DNA of 64,000 nucleotides from an uncultured Phycisphaeraceae bacterium (GCA_965369025.1 CBDUPB010000002.1:580555-644554); one strand, 5' to 3'. Shown: positions 48,402 to 58,103, counted from the stretch's first letter. The notes: generated by a model not told the origin, from the sequence alone. Made by a program: numbers and translations.

Positions 48402-50591
48402 TCAGTTCGACCGCCCGGTCGAGACCTCGGTCCCCTCACCCGTGCGCACGCGGTTGCGCAGCGCGAGCCGGTCGTCGTTGTTCGCCTGTCCGTCGAGGTT
48501 CACATCGGGGGTCGGGCTGGCGGCGTGATACGCGTAGAGGTCGCGGACATCGACGCGCCCGTCGCCCGTGAGGTCGAAGTCGGTCGTCCTGATGGTGAAG
48601 CGGTGCACCGGGGTCGCCGCGTTGCGCGCGCCGACCTCGTTCTGCGCCTCGATGCGCCAGAAGTAGGTCTGCCCGGTCTGCAGCACGCCGTCGGCGATGG
48701 AGTACGCCGTCTCGCCCGTGAGCAGCGGGATCACGAACTCATCGACCACAAGATTCGTGAACGCCTCGTTGGTCGAGACCTGCACCACATACAGCAGCGC
48801 CCGCTCGCTCTCGGTCCAGCGGAGCGTCACCGGGGCGCCCACATTCGCGTTGTTCGCGGGGGTCGTCAGCGAGAACTCGCCCGGCAGAGGCGCCGTCGTG
48901 AAGGTGAACACCTGCGAGGACGCCGTGATGTCCAACTCGTTCTCGGCCGACACGCGCCACCAGTAGGTGTTGCCCGGCTCGACTTCCTCGGCGGTGAGCA
49001 CCAGCACCGGCGTCAGCACGCCCGTGCGGTTCACCACGCGGTTGTTGAAACTCGCGTCCGTCGCGACCTCCACCTGGTACGACGACGCGAACTGCGACGG
49101 CGTCCATGTGAGCGGGGTCGGGACGAGCACCTCCGTCGCGTTGTTGGCCGGGCTGGCGAGCGTAAACGCGCCCGGTGCGCCCAGCGTCGTGAACTTCGCG
49201 AGTGTGGGCTGGATCAGCGCCGAGCCCGCGGGGTTCGAAGCGATCACGCGCCACCAGTACTCGCGCCCTTGCTCGATCGCGCCCTCGGGCAAAACGAACT
49301 GGGTTTCCGTGAGGCCCGTTTCGGTCGCGACAATATTCCCGAACGCCTGATCGCTCGCGACGATCACGCTGTACGCGGTCGCGCCCGCCGAGGCGCTCCA
49401 CGACAGGGTCAGCGGCGTGCGCACGCCCGACGCGTTGTTCGCGGGGGCCGTGACGCTGAACGCGCCCGGCGCGGCCATCGTCGTGAAAGTCCGTGTGGCG
49501 CTGGCTGTCTGCCCGGCGGAGTTCACCGCGAGCACACGCCAGAAATAGGTTGTTCCGGCCGCCAACCGGCCCGTGGGAACCGCGTGCGAGGTCGTCGTCA
49601 GGCCCGTCTGGGTGTGGGTGATCGTGGAGAAGTCCGCCACCCTCGACACCTGGACGGTGTACGAAGTCGCACGGTTCGCCGTCGCCCACGAGAAACTGAG
49701 CGTGGGCAGGAGATCCTGCGCGGCGTCGATCGGCTGGCTCAGCGCGGGCAGGACGGGCAACTGCACGGGCGTGCCCCCGCCGTCACCATCGCCATCGCCG
49801 TCGCCCCCGCCGTCACCATCGCCATCGCCGTCGCCGTCGCCGTCGCCATCGCCGTTGCCGCCGTTGTTGTTCGTGTTTCCGCCGTTGCCCGTGACAGTGG
49901 TTGATCCGCCGCCCGAACTCATCGCGCCGCCGCCCGAACTGCTTGAGTCGCTCGCGCTCACGCCGCCAAACTCGCTGTCAACAGTCTCATCGACCGGCAA
50001 TTCATTGCGGCCGAACGAAGGCGTCGCCGTGGCGAAACCAACGCCGCCGAAGTTCGGCTCGGCGAAGAAAGTCTCCTCGACGAACGGCTGGTCGATGGTC
50101 TGGTTCTGCCCGAGCGGCCGCGGCGCAACCGCGGCTGTCCCCACGCTGGTCGCCGGTCGATTCCCGCGCAGCTGGTCGGCGGTCTGACGCGCAAGCTCCT
50201 GCGCCCTGCGCCGATTCTCCAACGCCTTCTCGCGGTTCTCGCGCAGCCAGTCGAGCTGCGGGTTGCTGAGTTCGTCTTCATCCAGCACGCCCCCGGCGTT
50301 GCCCGAGGCTCTGGCCGCGGCGTTGTTCCGCGCGCCGATCTGCAGACGCCTGGGCGTGCCCTGGGGCGGCGAGGTCGGCCCGCTGATCGCACGCTCCGGC
50401 GCAGGGCCGGGCGCGATCGAGAGTCCGCCGGTAGTGCGGCTACGCGCCGACGCGTCGCCCTCGGTGTCCGCCTGCGTCGAGAGGACCTGCACCCCGCTCG
50501 TGCCCTCGGCGTCACAGCCGCGCTGCAGGATGCCGAACAGCATCACGCCAAAGACACAGCCGATTACAGTCGCCCAGCCAACGCGGCTCAT
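48402..50591 (-). CDS. membrane-anchored surface protein: (GD)n linker, four Fn3-like repeats, C-terminal dockerin-like repeats
   Basis: ATG 50591 (GAGG upstream) and TM anchor VGWATVIGCVFGVMLFGILQ. GDGDGDGDGDGDGGGDGDGDGDGGG tract. Four repeats of about 97 aa, each ending YFWRV/YWWRV..N. C-terminal DLTGDGRVDVRDLYAY and DVNLDGQANNDDRLAL. Confidence 0.8.
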   Translation of the reverse strand: MSRVGWATVIGCVFGVMLFGILQRGCDAEGTSGVQVLSTQADTEGDASARSRTTGGLSIAPGPAPERAISGPTSPPQGTPRRLQIGARNNAAARASGNAGGVLDEDELSNPQLDWLRENREKALENRRRAQELARQTADQLRGNRPATSVGTAAVAPRPLGQNQTIDQPFVEETFFAEPNFGGVGFATATPSFGRNELPVDETVDSEFGGVSASDSSSSGGGAMSSGGGSTTVTGNGGNTNNNGGNGDGDGDGDGDGDGDGGGDGDGDGDGGGTPVQLPVLPALSQPIDAAQDLLPTLSFSWATANRATSYTVQVSRVADFSTITHTQTGLTTTSHAVPTGRLAAGTTYFWRVLAVNSAGQTASATRTFTTMAAPGAFSVTAPANNASGVRTPLTLSWSASAGATAYSVIVASDQAFGNIVATETGLTETQFVLPEGAIEQGREYWWRVIASNPAGSALIQPTLAKFTTLGAPGAFTLASPANNATEVLVPTPLTWTPSQFASSYQVEVATDASFNNRVVNRTGVLTPVLVLTAEEVEPGNTYWWRVSAENELDITASSQVFTFTTAPLPGEFSLTTPANNANVGAPVTLRWTESERALLYVVQVSTNEAFTNLVVDEFVIPLLTGETAYSIADGVLQTGQTYFWRIEAQNEVGARNAATPVHRFTIRTTDFDLTGDGRVDVRDLYAYHAASPTPDVNLDGQANNDDRLALRNRVRTGEGTEVSTGRSN
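49774..49862. repeat. hexanucleotide (GCCATC/GCCGTC)n tract with an internal ~30-nt direct duplication
   Basis: CCCCCGCCGTCACCATCGCCATCGCCGTCGCC occurs twice in tandem, followed by further GCCGTC units. It encodes the Gly-Asp run of the 48402..50591 protein. Confidence 0.8.
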
Positions 50592-50771
50592 GGTCACCTC
50601 TTCGCTTGGATCTTTCCCGTGCTGCCGACGCGGCTCGACGCCGCACACTCCAAGAATGCGCGGCGGTCCCTCCTAAGCAATACGAGCGTGGGAGGACTTT
50701 GTTCCCCCTGAAACGACTGCAACGCCTGCGCGGGCGAGACCTTCCGGCCCGCTTCCCTACAGTCCCCAGCC

Positions 50772-51746
50772 ATGACCGCCCACACCACCCCGAACGCCGG
50801 CCAGTCCCCCGAAATCGCCTTCCCGGAAGTCCGCGTGAATATGCGGATGCCCAACAACCCCTGCGTGGGCCGCATCGTCGCCAGCGAGCTCTGCACCCAG
50901 CGCAAGGCCGCCGGATTCGTCCGCCACATCACCATCGATGTCAGCGGCACCGAACTGGAGGGCAACCTCCGCCCCGGACAGGCCTTCGGGGTCCTCACCC
51001 CGGGCGACGACGAGCGGGGCAAGCCCCATAAGCCGCGCCTCTTCTCCGTCGCCTCCCCCTCGATGGGCGAGGACGGCGAGGGCAAGGTTATCGCCACCAC
51101 CGTCAAGCGCCTCATCGACGAGCACTGGGAGAACCACGCCCTCTACCACGGCGTGTGCTCCAACTACCTCTGCAACCTCCAGCCGGGCGACGAGGTCCGC
51201 CTCTCCGGGCCCAACGGCAAGCGCTTCCTCCTCCCCGAGAACCCCGAGAACTACAACTACCTCTTCTTCGCGACGGGCACGGGCATCGCCCCGTTCCGAG
51301 GCATGGCCATCGACCTCATGCGCGCGGGCGTCTCCTCCCATGTCCACCTCTTCATGGGCGCGCCCTACGCCTCCGACCTCCTCTACCACCCCTTCTGGCT
51401 CGACCTCGCCAACAAGCACGACAACTTCCACTACACCACCGCCCTCTCGCGCGAGCGTCAGCACGACAACCACGACCCCATGTATTGCCACAACCGGGTC
51501 ACCACCGAACTCGACCACCTCCTCCCCGTCCTCACCGCCGACAACACCCTGATCTACATCTGCGGCGTCGCGGGCATGGAGCTCGGCGTCTTCCAGGAAC
51601 TCGCCAAGCACCTCAACCGCTCCCAACTCGAGCAGTACCTCCTCGTCGATCCCGAGGCCATGGGCGATATCCCCAACTGGAACCGCCGCATGATCCACCA
51701 GCAGATCAAGCCCACCAAGCGCGTCCTCATGGAGGTCTACGCGTAA
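50772..51746 (+). CDS. ferredoxin--NADP(+) reductase (plant-type FNR fold)
   Basis: RLFSVAS (FAD-binding RxYS-type), GVCSNYL, FFATGTGIAPFRG, YICGVAGM, C-terminal MEVYA. Confidence 0.85.
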   Translation: MTAHTTPNAGQSPEIAFPEVRVNMRMPNNPCVGRIVASELCTQRKAAGFVRHITIDVSGTELEGNLRPGQAFGVLTPGDDERGKPHKPRLFSVASPSMGEDGEGKVIATTVKRLIDEHWENHALYHGVCSNYLCNLQPGDEVRLSGPNGKRFLLPENPENYNYLFFATGTGIAPFRGMAIDLMRAGVSSHVHLFMGAPYASDLLYHPFWLDLANKHDNFHYTTALSRERQHDNHDPMYCHNRVTTELDHLLPVLTADNTLIYICGVAGMELGVFQELAKHLNRSQLEQYLLVDPEAMGDIPNWNRRMIHQQIKPTKRVLMEVYA

Positions 51747-51751
51747 TTGTC

Positions 51752-51814
51752 CCCCTCCCACTTGTGGGAGGGGCTAGGGGAGGGCTTCCTTCCCGTGTTC
51801 GCGACCGGGTGAGG
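51752..51814. repeat. REP-like element, family A-like (copy 5)
   Basis: CCCCTCCCA-CTTG-TGGGAGGGG hairpin followed by CTAGGGGAGGG and a second GGGTGAGGGG box. Confidence 0.6.
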
Positions 51815-51852
51815 GGCCAATTCTTCCACCCTCCCTCATACACTCCCCGCCC

Positions 51853-52911
51853 ATGCCCACCACCACAGCCACACGCCCCGTCGAAGTCCACTCCCCCATG
51901 ACCACCACGCGCGCGATCCTCATCACCGGCGCCGGCGGCGAGATCGGCCACGGCCTCATCAGCGCCCTCGCCGAGCGTTCCTCCACCCCCATCGTCGCGC
52001 TCGACAAGAACCCCCTCGACGCGCACATCGCCAAACGCTGCGCCGCGACCCTCCAGGCCGACATCACCGACGCCGACGCCGTCGCCACGCTCGGCAAGCA
52101 GTACGACTTCGACGCCGTCTTCCACCTCGCCGCCCTGCTCTCGTCGACGAGCGAGAAGGTCCCCGACCTCGCCCTCAAGGTGAATGTGCTGGGCACCGCA
52201 CACCTGCTCAAACTCGCCGCCGAGTCCGCCGCCCGAACCGGAACGCCGACGAAGTTCCTCTTTCCATCGTCCATCGCCGTCTACGGCATGCCCGACATCG
52301 CCACCAAACAGCGCGCAGGCAAAGTCCGCGAGGATCAGCACAACACGCCCGCGACGATGTACGGCTGCAACAAACTCGCGTGCGAGCAGCTCGGCCGTTA
52401 CTTCTCCTCACGCGACCAGCGCCTGCGCAACGATCCGCAGACCGTGGACTTCCGCGCGATCCGCTTCCCGGGCATCATCAGCGCCGACACGATCCCTTCG
52501 GGAGGCACGAGCGACTTTGCGCCCGAGATGCTCCACGCCGCCGCGCAAGGCAAGCCCTACGCGTGCTTCGTTCGCGAGGACTCGCGCATCCCGTTCATGA
52601 CGATGCCCGACGCCATCGCCGCCCTGCTCGCGCTCGACGCGGCGCCGCAGGACAAACTCACCACGCGCGTGTACAACATCGGCGCCTTCGCCCCCAGCGC
52701 GGGCGAGGTGCGCGACATCGTCGCGCAGAACTTCCCCGGCGCCAAGGTCTCGTTCGAGGTCACACCGTCGCGCCAGGCGATCGTGGATTCGTGGCCCGAG
52801 GATGTGGACGACTCCGCCGCGCGCCGCGACTGGAACTACGCGCCGAAACACGACCTCCGCGCCGCGTTCGACGACTACCTGCTCCCCGCCGTCCGCGCAC
52901 GGTACGCGTGA
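51853..52911 (+). CDS. NAD-dependent epimerase/dehydratase family protein (L-threonine 3-dehydrogenase-like)
   Basis: ILITGAGGEIGHGL Rossmann motif and YGCNKLACE (YxxxK). 352 aa. Confidence 0.8.
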   Translation: MPTTTATRPVEVHSPMTTTRAILITGAGGEIGHGLISALAERSSTPIVALDKNPLDAHIAKRCAATLQADITDADAVATLGKQYDFDAVFHLAALLSSTSEKVPDLALKVNVLGTAHLLKLAAESAARTGTPTKFLFPSSIAVYGMPDIATKQRAGKVREDQHNTPATMYGCNKLACEQLGRYFSSRDQRLRNDPQTVDFRAIRFPGIISADTIPSGGTSDFAPEMLHAAAQGKPYACFVREDSRIPFMTMPDAIAALLALDAAPQDKLTTRVYNIGAFAPSAGEVRDIVAQNFPGAKVSFEVTPSRQAIVDSWPEDVDDSAARRDWNYAPKHDLRAAFDDYLLPAVRARYA

Positions 52912-52916
52912 GGCTC

Positions 52917-53077
52917 CGGGCGCCACTGGCAAGTCTGCTTGCCAGTGCGAACACCAACAGCACAGGCAAACAAGTTCAACCGGTGGCACACGCAAGCGCG
53001 ATCTGGGTGGCATGGTCAACCGCAGGTTGACCGTGCTGATGCACCCCAGAACCGCACGGACATCGCTGCGCGATGTC
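52917..53077. repeat. MITE/REP-like composite palindromic element (copy 2, inverted relative to copy 1)
   Basis: Family-B-like hairpin CGGGCGCCACTGGCAAGTCTGCTTGCCAGTGC (52917..52948), plus 52971..53077, which is the reverse complement of 24656..24760 at about 80-85 percent identity by hand alignment. Confidence 0.8.
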
Positions 53078-53109
53078 TATACCACCCAGAGACAGCACGC
53101 GTCCCCCGA

Positions 53110-53685
53110 TCACACGCCCGAGCCGCCCGCCTTGCGCACGGCGTCCTGCGCCGTGTCCAGCACCTCGTCGGCCTTGGCCACCATCAGCCACACCGCCTCG
53201 ATACCCCCCGTCCCCGCCGTCGCGAAGCCGATCGTCCCCAGCCCGAAAATCCGCTCGGGGATCGACTTCACCATGACGAGGTTCTGGATCCTGCGCAACT
53301 GACACTCGAAGCGGAAGCGGCGAAACACGCCCCCCGTGCGCACGACGCGTCGGTTGGTGAGGATGTATCCCTCGTTGAACCACACGAGCGCTTGCCAGAA
53401 CACACGGACCGCGCCGAGCAGCACGCCGTAGGTCGTGACCACGCCCGCGTCGATGGGCAGCCACCCGTTGCGCGCGATGAACACGACCAGCGCGAGCGCG
53501 ACCGCCAGCGCGAGCAGACTCCCCGCGCTCGCGAAGAGAATGAACAGCGGGTGAGGGCGCAGCGCCAGGATCACCACCTCGCCGTCCTCAAGGTCAGCCG
53601 CCGCCAGCGCGACCGGATCGCGCGCCGCCCCCGAGCCGGCTACCGGCGCAACACTCGGCGCGTTGGCCTGGAGCCGCTCGGTCAT
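53110..53685 (-). CDS. bacterial PH-domain (DUF304/YdbT-like) membrane protein
   Basis: ATG 53685. Two TM helices, then YILTNRRVVRTGGVFRRFRFECQLRRIQNLVMVKSIPERIFGLGTIGF. Confidence 0.75.
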   Translation of the reverse strand: MTERLQANAPSVAPVAGSGAARDPVALAAADLEDGEVVILALRPHPLFILFASAGSLLALAVALALVVFIARNGWLPIDAGVVTTYGVLLGAVRVFWQALVWFNEGYILTNRRVVRTGGVFRRFRFECQLRRIQNLVMVKSIPERIFGLGTIGFATAGTGGIEAVWLMVAKADEVLDTAQDAVRKAGGSGV

Positions 53686-54251
53686 TGCTTCCACTCGCTC
53701 TCGGCCAGTTCGCGCACATCGGGCAGGTTGCGATGCAGCCCGTCGTAATCGAGGCCGCACCCCACCACGAACGCGTCGGGGATATCGAAGCAGGCGACAT
53801 CCGACTCGACGGGATCGTCCCGGTCCTTCACCTTGCGCAGGAGCACCACGACGCGCGCCGACGCGGGCGATTGCTTCATCACCCGGCGCTTGATCTCCGC
53901 GAGCGTGCGGCCGCTGTCAAGAATGTCATCCACGATCACCACGCGTTTGCCGCGCAGGTCGTCCGGGACATCCTGCACGACATTCAACCCCTGAGAACTC
54001 GTCGAGGTCCCCGGGTAACTGCTGAAGGTGACCGGGCGGATCTGCATGCGCACGGGCATCGCGCGGATCAGGTCGGCCGCGAACACCAGCGCGCCGGTCA
54101 TCACCAGGATCAGTTGGACCGAGTCGCTCTCGGGCAGGCCCATCTCGACGCGCTCGCGCTCGAGGTCGGCCGAGAGCGCCTCACCGACAGCGCGCACGCG
54201 CTGCGCGATGCGCTCCTTGTCGATCAGCACCCTGCCTCGGGGTTCGCTCAT
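53682..54251 (-). CDS. hpt: hypoxanthine phosphoribosyltransferase
   Basis: ATG 54251 within ORF 53682..54845. LILVMTGALVFAADL, PRPP loop VVIVDDILDSGRTL, FVVGCGLDY. Confidence 0.9.
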   Translation of the reverse strand: MSEPRGRVLIDKERIAQRVRAVGEALSADLERERVEMGLPESDSVQLILVMTGALVFAADLIRAMPVRMQIRPVTFSSYPGTSTSSQGLNVVQDVPDDLRGKRVVIVDDILDSGRTLAEIKRRVMKQSPASARVVVLLRKVKDRDDPVESDVACFDIPDAFVVGCGLDYDGLHRNLPDVRELAESEWKQ

Positions 54252-54838
54252 GGTGTAAGTGTAATCGGCGACGCCGCCCCGCTCGTGGGCAACTTTCCGA
54301 CGCGAACCGCGTCCTCGTAGCGCCGGATCGAGTCCTCGATGATCGAATGGGCCGCCTCGGCGGGCAGGATCTCGTCCACCTCGACATCCTTCCCCTCGAG
54401 CGTCTTGTAGTCCTCGAAGAACCGCTTGAGCATCCGGAAGGTGTGCTGGGGGAAATGGCTCGCCATCGTCAGCGACGCGTACGACGGGTCGTTCACCAGC
54501 ACCGCCACGATCTTGTGGTCGGGCTGCCCGTCGTCGATCATCGTCATCAGGCCCACGGCCCGCGCCTCGCACAGGCAGAGCGGCGGGATCTCCTCCTCGC
54601 TGAACACCAGCACATCCAGCGGATCGTCGTCCTCGGCGTAGGTCCTCGGAATGAACCCGTAGTTCGCCGGGTAGTACACCGCGCTGCTCAGCACGCGATC
54701 GAGTTTCAGCAGCCCCGTCGGCTTGTCCAACTCGTACTTGTTCGACGACCCCTTGGGGATCTCGATCACCGCCCGGAAGTGGGCCGGGAGCGGGTGCTTC
54801 TCCGTCGCGGGAGACACATCGTGCCAGGGATGGGCCAA
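54248..54838 (-). CDS. ppa: inorganic pyrophosphatase (family I)
   Basis: VIEIPKGSSNKYELD, YPANYGFIP, DDDPLDVLV, DDGQPDHKIVAV. 196 aa. Confidence 0.93.
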   Translation of the reverse strand: MAHPWHDVSPATEKHPLPAHFRAVIEIPKGSSNKYELDKPTGLLKLDRVLSSAVYYPANYGFIPRTYAEDDDPLDVLVFSEEEIPPLCLCEARAVGLMTMIDDGQPDHKIVAVLVNDPSYASLTMASHFPQHTFRMLKRFFEDYKTLEGKDVEVDEILPAEAAHSIIEDSIRRYEDAVRVGKLPTSGAASPITLTP

Positions 54839-54903
54839 CGCTCACACCGTCCTTTCATCAACCGAAGATCCACTCCGCCGCGCGGGGGCGATACTCTACG
54901 CGC

Positions 54904-56328
54904 ATGCTGACCCTGCACTACGCAAACGCCCTCTCCGATCGCGTCGGCGCGCACGGCCTCGACGCCGCCTCCCTCGCCCAAGGCGCCCCCTCCGCCAAAG
55001 ACGCCGCGGATCTGACCGCCCGCCTCGCCAAAACCCGAGGCGCAGGCTGGGAACGCTGGCGCACCCTCCCCTTCGACCCCCAGCGCTCCGAGCACGCCTC
55101 CGCCGTCAAGCAACTCGTCGAGCAACGCCGCCGCGGCTGCGAGAACCTCGTCGTCCTCGGCATCGGCGGTTCGGCGCTGGGCAACATCGCCCTCCAGGGC
55201 GCGCTGAACCCCGCGACCCACAACCTCCTCGACGCCAAGCGCCGCAACGGCCCGCGGCTGTTCGTCGTGGACAATGTCGATCCCGACTACTTCGGCGCTG
55301 TCATGGACTTCATCCGCGCCAGCGACCCGGGCCTCAACCACACCTGCTTCAATGTGGTCAGCAAGTCGGGCGAAACCGCCGAGACCGCGACCCAGTTCAT
55401 GACCATCCGCCGCATGCTCATCGACGCGCACGGCGAGAAGGACCACGCGAAGCACATCGTCGCCATCACCGACCCCGCCAAGGGCACGATGCGCCAGATC
55501 TGCGACGCCAACGGCTACACCACCCTCCCCGTCCCCGACGGCGTCGGCGGACGCTTCTCCGTCCTCTCCCCCGTCGGCCTCTTCTCCGCCGCGATGTGCG
55601 GCATCGACATCGACGAACTCCTCGACGGCGCCGCCGCCATGGACGAACGCTGCTCGAACGCGGACCTCACGAAGAACCCCGCCGCGATGCTCGCGACGAT
55701 CCTCGTGCGCCTCGGGCTCGAGAAGAGCAAGGTCAACCATGTGATGATGCCCTACTCCAACCGGCTGTATCTGCTCGCGGACTGGTTCCGCCAGTTGTGG
55801 GCCGAGTCGCTGGGCAAGGACAAAACGCTCGACGGCAAGCCCATCAACGCGGGTTTCACGCCGATCAAGGCGCTGGGCACGACCGACCAGCACTCCCAGG
55901 TCCAGCTCTATCGCGAAGGCCCCAACGACAAGGCGTTCTGCTTCGTCGAGGTCGAGGACTTCGGCGACAACGATGTCTCCATCCCCACCGGACTGGGCGT
56001 TGAAGCCACCAAATACCTCGAGGGCTCCACCTTCGGCACGCTCCTCAACGCCGAGAAACGCGCCACCGAGTACGCCCTGGTCGAATCACAGCGCCCGAAC
56101 ATGACGATCACCATGCCGCGCATCGACGCTCGCCATGTGGGCGAGTTCATCGCGCTGTGGGAAGTCGCGACCGCCTACGCGGGGCTGATGCTGAACATCG
56201 ACGCCTACGACCAGCCCGCCGTCGAGACGGGCAAGGTCGCCACCTTCGGGCTCATGGGCCGCGCGGGGTACGACGAGTGGAAAAAGAAGGTCGATGATCG
56301 TCTCGGCGCCACCGACTTTGTGATCTAA
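54904..56328 (+). CDS. pgi: glucose-6-phosphate isomerase
   Basis: VVLGIGGSALGN, VVSKSGETAET, GGRFSVLSPVGL, DQHSQVQLYREG. 474 aa. Confidence 0.9.
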   Translation: MLTLHYANALSDRVGAHGLDAASLAQGAPSAKDAADLTARLAKTRGAGWERWRTLPFDPQRSEHASAVKQLVEQRRRGCENLVVLGIGGSALGNIALQGALNPATHNLLDAKRRNGPRLFVVDNVDPDYFGAVMDFIRASDPGLNHTCFNVVSKSGETAETATQFMTIRRMLIDAHGEKDHAKHIVAITDPAKGTMRQICDANGYTTLPVPDGVGGRFSVLSPVGLFSAAMCGIDIDELLDGAAAMDERCSNADLTKNPAAMLATILVRLGLEKSKVNHVMMPYSNRLYLLADWFRQLWAESLGKDKTLDGKPINAGFTPIKALGTTDQHSQVQLYREGPNDKAFCFVEVEDFGDNDVSIPTGLGVEATKYLEGSTFGTLLNAEKRATEYALVESQRPNMTITMPRIDARHVGEFIALWEVATAYAGLMLNIDAYDQPAVETGKVATFGLMGRAGYDEWKKKVDDRLGATDFVI

Positions 56329-56360
56329 AAAAAGAAAGCCCCGGTCGCGAACGACCGGGG
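56327..56360 (-). terminator. rho-independent terminator after flagellin gene 1 (shared gap with pgi)
   Basis: CCCCGGTCG-CGAA-CGACCGGGG followed by CTTTCTTTTTTT on the minus strand. Confidence 0.7.
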
Positions 56361-56398
56361 CGTGGGGTCAGATCAGGTTGCTTTCAGGCGACTCGGTA

Positions 56399-57922
56399 TT
56401 AGCCGAGGAGCGAGAGCGCGTTCTGGGGCTGGCTGTTGGCGATCGACAGGACCTGCGTCGCGGACGACACGAGGATCTGCGAGCGGGTCAGCTCAGCGGT
56501 CTGGGCCGCGAAGTCGGTGTCGCGGATGGCAGACTCGGCCGCGAGGGTGTTCTCGAGAGAGACGCCCAGCGAACGGATGGTCGCGCCGACGGTGTTCTTC
56601 TGGAACGCGCCGAGGCGGCCACGGAGCGAGGAGATCTCGCTGATGGAGTTGGAGATGACCTTCTGGGCCTTGCTCAGGTCGCCGTCGACCAGGTTGAGCG
56701 AGGCGCCGGCGCCGAGGTCCGACAGGTTGAACACGCTGCCGGCCGAGTCCTCGAAGCGGCCGACTTCGCGTGCGGCCACGTTGGAGATACCGATCGACAC
56801 CTTGTTGCCGATGTTGACCTCGCCGGCGAGCTGGAAGTCAGCGCCGCCGCCGGTGATCGTGAACGCCGAGACATTCGCGAGCGACTGCGAGGCGGCCGTG
56901 TCGAGCTCGATCTCAACATCGAGGAAGTCGGTGTTGATCCGAGCGACCTTGCCGACGGTCGTGGCGTTGATGCCGTTGATCGTCGCGCCCAGGTCCTGGC
57001 CTTCGTCGGTGACGCGGCTGTTCGCGGCGGCGAAGGTGACGCCCGACGCGGTGTCGGCGGCGCCGTTGTCCTGGGTCTGGTAGTTGTAGACGCCCGCGGT
57101 CGCGCCGACGGCGGCGCCGTCGTCGAGGATGCGGACCGAGACGAACTCGTTGGAGCCGAACTCGGTGCTCGCCAGACGGATCGCGGTGCCCGAGACGGTC
57201 GCCTCAACACCCGTCACGTCGGTGAAGGTGTTGATGTTGTCGGCGATGTCGGCGAGCGAGGTGCCCGAGGCGAACGAGAGTTCGCGGGAGCCGCCCACGC
57301 CACCGATCTCGATGACGAAGTTCTCGGTGGCCGAGCCCAGGTCAAGGGCGGCGGCGCCGAAGGAGAGCGCGAGGGCGCCGACCTGCGCGGACTGGGTCAC
57401 CTGGATGTTGACATCGCGGGTGCCCTCGTAGGTCAGCTTGGCGCCGTTGACCTTGTAGCTGGCGACGCTCGAATCGACGGTGTTGACGGTGTAGTCGAAG
57501 TTGCCGTTCAGAAGCTTGATGCCCTGGAACGAAGTGGCCGCGGCGACGCGGTCGATGGTCTGCAGGATCGAGTCGACCTGCAGCTGGTTGGCCTGCTTTT
57601 CAGCGCCGGAGAGGCCGGCGTCGTTGGCCGTCTGGGTGACGAGGCCCTGGAGCTCGGTCAGAAGACCGGAGATTTCCTGGAGACCACCCTCGGCGATGTT
57701 GGCGACCTGATCGGCGCGCTCGGCGTTGCTGACGGCCTGGCCGGTGCCGCGTGCCTCGGCGCGCAGCGCCTCGGACGCGATCAGACCCGACGGGTCGTCC
57801 TTACCACGGTTCACGCGCAGACCGGTGCTCAACCGCTCGAGCGAGGTGGTCAGCGAGTTGTTGTTCTGGCCCAGGACGCGCTGAGCAATGAGCGACTGAA
57901 CGTTGGTGTTGATGCGACTCAT
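56399..57922 (-). CDS. fliC: flagellin (paralog 1)
   Basis: ATG 57922 within ORF 56399..58219. MSRINTNVQSLIAQR, LSTGLRVNRGKDDPSGL, Flagellin_IN-like LADIADNINTFTDVTGV, C-terminal SQILVSSATQVLSIANSQPQNALSLLG. Confidence 0.93.
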   Translation of the reverse strand: MSRINTNVQSLIAQRVLGQNNNSLTTSLERLSTGLRVNRGKDDPSGLIASEALRAEARGTGQAVSNAERADQVANIAEGGLQEISGLLTELQGLVTQTANDAGLSGAEKQANQLQVDSILQTIDRVAAATSFQGIKLLNGNFDYTVNTVDSSVASYKVNGAKLTYEGTRDVNIQVTQSAQVGALALSFGAAALDLGSATENFVIEIGGVGGSRELSFASGTSLADIADNINTFTDVTGVEATVSGTAIRLASTEFGSNEFVSVRILDDGAAVGATAGVYNYQTQDNGAADTASGVTFAAANSRVTDEGQDLGATINGINATTVGKVARINTDFLDVEIELDTAASQSLANVSAFTITGGGADFQLAGEVNIGNKVSIGISNVAAREVGRFEDSAGSVFNLSDLGAGASLNLVDGDLSKAQKVISNSISEISSLRGRLGAFQKNTVGATIRSLGVSLENTLAAESAIRDTDFAAQTAELTRSQILVSSATQVLSIANSQPQNALSLLG

Positions 57923-57933
57923 GGTGAATCCGT

Positions 57934-57974
57934 TCCTCCGTGAAACCCCTCGACGACGCGAGGGAGTATCCGTG
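57934..57974 (-). promoter_or_regulatory. two CACGGA motifs in the flagellin-1 leader (candidate CsrA sites; the proximal one overlaps the SD)
   Basis: mRNA sense ...GCACGGAUACUCCC...(32 nt between motif starts)...UCACGGAGGAACGGAUUCACC-AUG. Confidence 0.35.
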
Positions 57975-58103
57975 CAGCTGCGCCATCCGAACCGCTCCAC
58001 CGCGGCGAGGTCGAGCCGGCCGCGTACGCACGCGGCTTCAACTCGGCGGGGCGCAACTGCCCCGGCGCTTCGGCCCCGGGTTCCTTCCCGAGGGCCAGCA
58101 AGC

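Noticed and set aside
53682-54845. 387-aa ORF suggesting a single large protein
   Set aside because: Only the C-terminal 189 aa (from ATG 54251) is hypoxanthine phosphoribosyltransferase. The upstream part is the alternate frame of the clear ppa gene (54248..54838).
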